A DNA stretch of 12,494 nucleotides from the NCBI GenBank assembly GCA_044342325.1, contig JBIIPZ010000063.1, positions 1-12,494 on the forward strand, given 5' to 3'. The stretch is from Terrimicrobiaceae bacterium (GTDB taxonomy: Bacteria; Verrucomicrobiota; Verrucomicrobiia; Chthoniobacterales; Terrimicrobiaceae). Both the position numbers and the translations under genes were made by a program. Each line of letters begins with the position of its first letter. The first letter of the stretch is position 1. The notes under the pieces were generated by a model that saw nothing but the letters and a program-made list of their open reading frames with translations, was not told the DNA's origin and searched no databases. This document shows, piece by piece, positions 7,186 to 12,494 of the stretch.

Positions 7186-8661
7186 ATGAACAAGCCTTCC
7201 CTCTTTCGCACCGCTGATGGGCGCAATCACTTTGTGACCTTTGCTTTGGTTAGCTCCCTCTTCCTCTTGTGGGGCTTCTGCAATGGCATGATCGATGTCA
7301 TGGACAAGCATTTTCAGGAGGAGTTGCACCTCTCTTTGGCCCAGTCAGCCTGGGTTCAATTTGCTCACTATCTTGGCTATTTTCTCATGGCGCTACCGGC
7401 CGGTTGGTTGGCGACGAAACTTGGCTATCGCGGCGGCATCATTGCCGGACTCCTCATGGTGGCTGTGGGTGGTTTGTGGTTTATTCCAGCGACTCAGATC
7501 GCGCAGTTCTGGGCGTTCCTGCTCGGCGTCTGTTTGATTGCCGCCGGCCTCACTTTTTTGGAAGCGGTGGCGAATCCCTATACGACCGTTCTCGGAGCGC
7601 CCGACTTCGCCGCGACGCGGATCAATCTCGCCGCAGCCTGCAACGGAATCGGATGGATTTTCGGGCCGATCGCCGGCGCGATGTTCTTTTATTCCACCGA
7701 CGCCAGCGGCAAGAGCACCGGTGCGGAAACCCTCTGGATGCCATACGCGGGTGTGGCCGTCGTCGTGCTGCTGATGGTTTTGGTCTTTGCCAAGGCCCCC
7801 ATGCCAGACCTCAAAGCCGAGGAAACCTTACCTGCCGAAGCAGCCGGAATTCCCGGCAACCCCGCCTCCACTCACAGTATGGCGGGATTTCTTATCTGGC
7901 TGAATCTCGTAGTCCTCTCCGTTTCTCTCGGCATGATTGCTTGTGCTATTGCCACCATTTTTTCAGAGGCCCTTTTTCTTCCGGTTCTCTCGGGAACAAC
8001 AGCGCTCTTTCTCCTCGTTTTCTCGCTTGTCCTGCTTTTGCAGCGAAAAAAAATGCGCCGCGAATCGATCTGGTCGCGGCCTCATTTTTCTGGCGCAACG
8101 CTGGCCCAGTTTTTCTATGTAGCCGCGCAGTCGGGTATCTTCGCCTATTTCATAAACTACATGACCACCCAGCCGCCTGTTCCTGTGGGCAACGCCACAG
8201 CCTCCACTCTGGCATCCGTCGGCTTCGCCTTCTTCCTCGCCGGTCGAGTCATCGGCGCGGGTGTTGTGAAAAAGTTTTCCGCCCACATGGTCCTCGGAGT
8301 TTACGGCGCGGTGAATGTTCTCCTCTGCGCCTGCGTGATGCTGCGCCTCGGTTGGGCATCCACCGTTTGCGTGTTCCTCGCGTATTTTTTCATGTCGATC
8401 ATGTTCCCGACCATTTTTGCCCTGGGCATTTCCGGGCTGGGGGATGGGGCGAAAAAAGCCGCCTCCTTCCTCGTCATGGCGATCATGGGTGGGGCAATCA
8501 TGCCGAAACTCATGGGCCACATTGCCGACAGCTCGAATGTCTCGCTCAGCTTTATCGTTCCGCTTTGCTGTTTTCTCTGCGTGGCGGCCTATGGGTTTTT
8601 CTGGAGCAAACTCGGCGGTTCGCCTAAATCGATGGCGGTCATTTCCGAATCCAAAATCTAA
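7186..8661 (+). CDS. fucP: MFS sugar:H+ symporter, FucP/GluP family (probable L-fucose permease)
   Basis: FALVSSLFLLWGF, NGMID and TFLEAVANPY (equivalents of the FucP acidic residues), ATRINLA, AQFFYVAAQ, FMSIMFPTIFALGI and LVMAIMGGA motifs; upstream of fucI. ATG 7186 is preferred over the TTG at 7024. Confidence 0.88.
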   Translation: MNKPSLFRTADGRNHFVTFALVSSLFLLWGFCNGMIDVMDKHFQEELHLSLAQSAWVQFAHYLGYFLMALPAGWLATKLGYRGGIIAGLLMVAVGGLWFIPATQIAQFWAFLLGVCLIAAGLTFLEAVANPYTTVLGAPDFAATRINLAAACNGIGWIFGPIAGAMFFYSTDASGKSTGAETLWMPYAGVAVVVLLMVLVFAKAPMPDLKAEETLPAEAAGIPGNPASTHSMAGFLIWLNLVVLSVSLGMIACAIATIFSEALFLPVLSGTTALFLLVFSLVLLLQRKKMRRESIWSRPHFSGATLAQFFYVAAQSGIFAYFINYMTTQPPVPVGNATASTLASVGFAFFLAGRVIGAGVVKKFSAHMVLGVYGAVNVLLCACVMLRLGWASTVCVFLAYFFMSIMFPTIFALGISGLGDGAKKAASFLVMAIMGGAIMPKLMGHIADSSNVSLSFIVPLCCFLCVAAYGFFWSKLGGSPKSMAVISESKI

Positions 8662-8663
8662 AA

Positions 8664-9422
8664 ATGCAAACAATCCTCGACAGCCTCATCAAACTCTCAC
8701 GCGAAATTGGCAAGGAGGAGCGTCGTCTGGCGATCCTCGGAGAAGGCAATACCAGCGCCGATCTAGGCGATGGCACATTTCTCGTGAAGGCATCCGGCTC
8801 CAGCCTCTCCACGCTGGACGAAAACGGTCTCACCCGCGTTCGCATGGAGACTGCCCTCGCGGCTCTCGATGATTCCGCTCTCACCGACTCCGGCGTGCGA
8901 ACCGTTTTGGAGGCCTCCCGCGTTGATCAAGCATCCAAGCTCCCATCGGTGGAAACCTTCATGCACGCCATCTGCCTCTCGGAAGGCGGCGCGAAGTGGG
9001 TTGGCCACTGCCATGCGGAGTCCGTGCTTTCCATCCTGGCATCCACCCACGGCGCGGCTCCATTTCTTAAACATGTCTTCCCCGATGCCATCGTCGTCTG
9101 CGGACGCCATCTCGCCGTCGTGCCATACATCGACCCTGGCTTGGAACTCGCCCGCAGTGTCCGCGCCTCCCTGCGCCAGCACATGGCAACACACGGCGCA
9201 GCTCCAAAAGTCATTCTTCTCGAAAACCACGGTCCCGTGGCTCTCGGCGCGAGCGACACCGAGGTTTTCAATATCCTTCTCATGCTCGACAAATGGGCGC
9301 GCATCCTTTGCACCACGCTCGCCATGGGCGGTCCACGCTTCCTGCCGGAAACCGTCAGCGACCGCATCGACAATCGCCCCGATGAACACTACCGCCGCGC
9401 CCAAATCGCCAAAACCGCTTAA
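8664..9422 (+). CDS. Class II aldolase/adducin family protein (probable fuculose/rhamnulose-1-phosphate aldolase)
   Basis: GEGNTS, VKASGS, PSVETFMH, GHCH and LLENHG (Zn ligands). Lies 2 nt after fucP and upstream of fucI. Substrate is inferred from context. Confidence 0.87.
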   Translation: MQTILDSLIKLSREIGKEERRLAILGEGNTSADLGDGTFLVKASGSSLSTLDENGLTRVRMETALAALDDSALTDSGVRTVLEASRVDQASKLPSVETFMHAICLSEGGAKWVGHCHAESVLSILASTHGAAPFLKHVFPDAIVVCGRHLAVVPYIDPGLELARSVRASLRQHMATHGAAPKVILLENHGPVALGASDTEVFNILLMLDKWARILCTTLAMGGPRFLPETVSDRIDNRPDEHYRRAQIAKTA

Positions 9423-9455
9423 AAAAATTAATTATTAAAACTTAAAACTCAACCT

Positions 9456-11222
9456 ATGAACAACCTACCTAAAATCGGCATCCGTCCGACCATTGATGGC
9501 CGCCTCGGCGGCGTTCGCGAATCCCTCGAAAAACAAACCATGGCTATGGCCAAGAATACGGCCGAGCTTTTGACTTCCAAACTTCGCCTCCCGACCGGCG
9601 AGCCTGTGGAGTGCGTGATTGCCGATACCTGCATCGGCGGCATCCGCGAAGCCGCTGCCTGCGCCGACAAATTCCGCCGCGAGAATGTGGGCGTGTCTCT
9701 CACTGTTACACCCTGCTGGTGCTACGGCTCCGAGACGATGGATACTGACCCGCTCACACCCAAAGCGGTTTGGGGATTCAACGGCACCGAGCGTCCAGGT
9801 GCGGTTTACCTCGCCGCTGTGCTCGCTGCGCACACCCAGAAAGGTCTGCCTGCCTTCGGCATCTATGGCCGGGATGTCCAAGATGCGGGTGACAACACCA
9901 TTCCTGCCGATGTCGAAGAGAAACTCCTGCGCTTCGCTCGCGCCGGCCTTGCTGCAGCGACCATGCGTGGCCGTGCCTATCTGGCCATGGGCGGCACATC
10001 CATGGGCATTGCCGGATCCATTGTGGACCCATCTCTCTTCGAGCAATGGCTCGGCATGCGTGTTGAGTCTGTGGACATGACCGAATTCATCCGCCGCATC
10101 GAACGCGGCATCTACGACAAAGCTGAATTCGACAAGGCCATGAAATGGGTCAAAGCCAATTGCAAGGAAGGCAAGGACTGGAATGGCGCTGGAAAAAAAC
10201 GCTCCCGCAAACAACTCGACTCGGAGTGGGAGACCAGCGTGAAGATGGCCCTCATCGCCCGCGACCTCATGGTTGGAAATCCCAAGCTCGCCAAGGCAGG
10301 CTTCGGCGAGGAGGCACAAGGGCACTATGCCATCGCATCCGGCTTCCAAGGTCAGCGCCAGTGGACTGACCACATGCCGAATGGCGACTTCCTCGAGGCG
10401 ATTTTGAATTCGTCCTTCGACTGGAACGGCCGTCGCGCTCCTTATATTGTCGCAACCGAAAACGACGCCCTCAACGGCGCCGCCATGCTGTTTGGATGGC
10501 TCCTCACCAACACCGCGCAGATCTTCGCCGATCTCCGCACCTACTGGAGCCCGGATGCCATCGCACGCGTCACGGGAACCGATGTTCCCGCAGCAGCCGC
10601 GAACGGCCTCCTGCACCTCATCAATTCAGGCCCTGCCGCTCTCGACGGTTGCGGCGAGCAGACCCTCAATGGCGTGCCGGCCATGAAGCCATTCTGGGAC
10701 ATTAGCAACGCCGAGATGAACGCCTGCCTCAAAGCCACGAGCTGGCATCCCTCGATCACTGAGTATTTCCCCGGCGGCGGTTGGAGCACACGCTTCGCCA
10801 CACGCGGCGGCATGCCCTCGACCATCTACCGCCTCAACCTCGTGCAAGGTCTCGGCCCAGTCCTTCAGATCGCTGAGGGCGAAACCGTTTCGCTCCCTGA
10901 AAAAACGCACCGTATCCTCGAAGAGCGCACCAACCCAACTTGGCCGACGACCTGGTTCGTCCCGCGCCTCACCGGTCATGGTGCCTTCCGTGACACCTAC
11001 ACCGTTATGAACAACTGGGGTGCCAACCACTGCGTCATGAGTCACGGCCACATCGGAGCCGACCTTGTCTCCCTCGCCAGCATGCTCCGCATCCCGGTTT
11101 ACATGCACAACCTCGAAGGCTCCCAAGTCTTCCGCCCCGCAGCATGGACCGCGTTCGGAACAGCCGACGCCGAGGCCGCCGATTTCCGCGCCTGCCAAAA
11201 CTTCGGACCCCTCTACCGCTAA
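9456..11222 (+). CDS. fucI: L-fucose isomerase
   Basis: [69 protein letters not shown] and NNWGANH motifs; 588 aa. Confidence 0.98.
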   Translation: MNNLPKIGIRPTIDGRLGGVRESLEKQTMAMAKNTAELLTSKLRLPTGEPVECVIADTCIGGIREAAACADKFRRENVGVSLTVTPCWCYGSETMDTDPLTPKAVWGFNGTERPGAVYLAAVLAAHTQKGLPAFGIYGRDVQDAGDNTIPADVEEKLLRFARAGLAAATMRGRAYLAMGGTSMGIAGSIVDPSLFEQWLGMRVESVDMTEFIRRIERGIYDKAEFDKAMKWVKANCKEGKDWNGAGKKRSRKQLDSEWETSVKMALIARDLMVGNPKLAKAGFGEEAQGHYAIASGFQGQRQWTDHMPNGDFLEAILNSSFDWNGRRAPYIVATENDALNGAAMLFGWLLTNTAQIFADLRTYWSPDAIARVTGTDVPAAAANGLLHLINSGPAALDGCGEQTLNGVPAMKPFWDISNAEMNACLKATSWHPSITEYFPGGGWSTRFATRGGMPSTIYRLNLVQGLGPVLQIAEGETVSLPEKTHRILEERTNPTWPTTWFVPRLTGHGAFRDTYTVMNNWGANHCVMSHGHIGADLVSLASMLRIPVYMHNLEGSQVFRPAAWTAFGTADAEAADFRACQNFGPLYR

Positions 11223-11249
11223 GCCGATAGGGCGATCTGCAAATAATCC

Positions 11250-11290
11250 AGACGGCAGGAGTGCAATCGCTCTCCTGCCGTCTTTCTTTT
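11250..11290 (+). terminator. Intrinsic terminator of the fuc operon
   Basis: Perfect 12-bp stem AGACGGCAGGAG / CTCCTGCCGTCT with a 10-nt loop, followed by TTCTTTT, about 28 nt after the fucI stop. Confidence 0.85.
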
Positions 11291-11499
11291 GATCAAAAAA
11301 ACGATATCGAAATTATCCCCGTCCGCCGACCGATTTGGGACACCGTCTTGCATGGCCCAAATAAAAAACATGGAAGAGGCCGGAATCACTCCCCGAAACC
11401 TTACTGCTCAAAGACCGGATGAACGCCTGATTCCCCCCCGCCTCTCCTTATTGATCCGAGAGTTTTTTATACCAAAAGCTGAATACTTTTGGACTCTAC

Positions 11500-11562
11500 T
11501 GTAGCGGCGGTCTATGACCGCCGATGGTTAACGACTCCGGCGCTCATAGAGACGCCGCTACA
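11500..11562. repeat. GTAG-family REP doublet (REPIN-like)
   Basis: TGTAGCGGCGGTCTATGACCGCCG ... CGGCGCTCATAGAGACGCCGCTACA: two inverted units, each a GTAG followed by a short hairpin. Confidence 0.75.
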
Positions 11563-11607
11563 AGTTAAAACGTCGCGCTAAAGTTCCAAACCTTATAGAT
11601 ATTGGTA

Positions 11608-12376
11608 TTACTCCTTCAGCGCACGGCTGAGGTCGTTGGGGTGGCGGTATCCCAGATGATAGGCGGCGGCTTTGACTTGCCAGCCTTCTGTGTGCACCAG
11701 TCGGCGGGCTTCTTGCCATTTCAGTTTCCGAAAATAGGCGCCGGGCGAGAGTTGGGCTTGGCTGCGGAAGAAGCGGTGCAGGGCGCTGGGGGACATTCCA
11801 AGATAATCGCACAGGGCGGGAACAGGGGTGTGGATGGAAAGGTTATTCATCATCCAAGAATGTGCCAGTTCCCATCGCAGGTCTCCGGTCACTTCTGCCG
11901 GTCGCGAGGCGCGCAGGATTTCGACTTCCAGCAATTGGCACAGCGCATTCAGGGTTGATGGCAGGACGCTGTCCGGCCTGGCGATTTCCTCGCGGCAGCG
12001 GGTGTGAATGCCCTTGAGCGCGTCGAGTGAAGCGGCCTTCAGTTCGAGTAGGAGGTATCCCCCTTCGCTGATCTGAAGTTCTGGCAACTGTGGTCGGTCC
12101 TTCCAGACCCAGACGATAATGCTGACATTTTCGCGTTGGGCTTGGGTGATTCCGAACGGGCAGTCGGAATCGATCAGGATGGCTGCCGGTGCCCTCACGG
12201 TCTTTCGCTCTTTGCCCAGGGACATAACGATTTCGCCGCTCAAAAGGATGAAGTAGTTTGTGCCACGGTCGTAGTGGAAGGGGAGGGGATTCTTTCCAAA
12301 ATCGCGCCGTCCCCAGCCAAGGTAGATGAGCGGGAGATTCCCTTGCCCGCCCCAACTCGGACGCCCCGGCGGGCAT
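11608..12376 (-). CDS. AraC-family transcriptional regulator, apparently frameshifted near the 5' end (in-frame TTG at 12243)
   Basis: C-terminal double HTH: LCDYLGMSPSALHRFF...SPGAYF...VKAAAYHLGYRHPNDLSR. The frame stays open about 46 codons upstream of TTG 12243 with cupin-like sequence, but the ATG at 12376 is 1 nt out of frame. Confidence 0.82.
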
Positions 12377-12494
12377 GCGCGTCAAGTTAAGCAAGGTTGG
12401 ACCATTTTTCAGAAAAGTTTGGGCGTTTTCGCTGGTCGTAGCAGCAGTAGCGCAGGAGAGCTTTGTGAAAGCCGTCGGATTGTTCGATGCCGGC

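Noticed and set aside
7269..11198. Long alternative-frame and antisense ORFs (7269-8627, 9465-10616, 10626-11198 and others)
   Set aside because: They are shadow ORFs of GC-rich, well-supported genes and show no family motifs.
11289..11504. 71-aa ORF after the fuc terminator
   Set aside because: No motif or SD, it begins in the terminator tail and stops in the REP. A small peptide from ATG 11352 cannot be excluded but is unsupported.
12454..12494. Possible divergent gene start (AGGAG then GTG at 12465, MKAVGLFDAG...)
   Set aside because: Only 10 codons are visible before the window ends, too little to call a gene or a family.

Overview
GC-rich bacterial window. Gene content and repeat styles suggest Verrucomicrobiota or a related PVC lineage (inference). 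Left to right it contains: (1) the end of a CRISPR array with a 36-bp repeat ending ATTGAAGC (type I-G/I-U-like), no cas genes in the window, and an inverted repeat copy at the window edge; (2) an aldo/keto reductase; (3) a decayed toxin-antitoxin locus whose PemK/MazF toxin start is fused in frame to the C-terminal half of a MarC protein; (4) a DUF2071/YqjF gene; (5) an AAA_21 ATPase + RloB pair (AbiL/RloAB-like defence module) bracketed by two 109-bp palindromic direct repeats (92/109 identical) and by REP-like hairpins; (6) an exported cyclophilin; (7) a fucose operon (FucP-like permease with an extra hydrophobic insert, class II aldolase, fucI); (8) a GTAG REP doublet; and (9) an AraC regulator with an apparent 1-nt frameshift near its start. 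The most notable structures are the repeat-bounded defence cassette, the inverted CRISPR junction and the PemK-MarC chimera.
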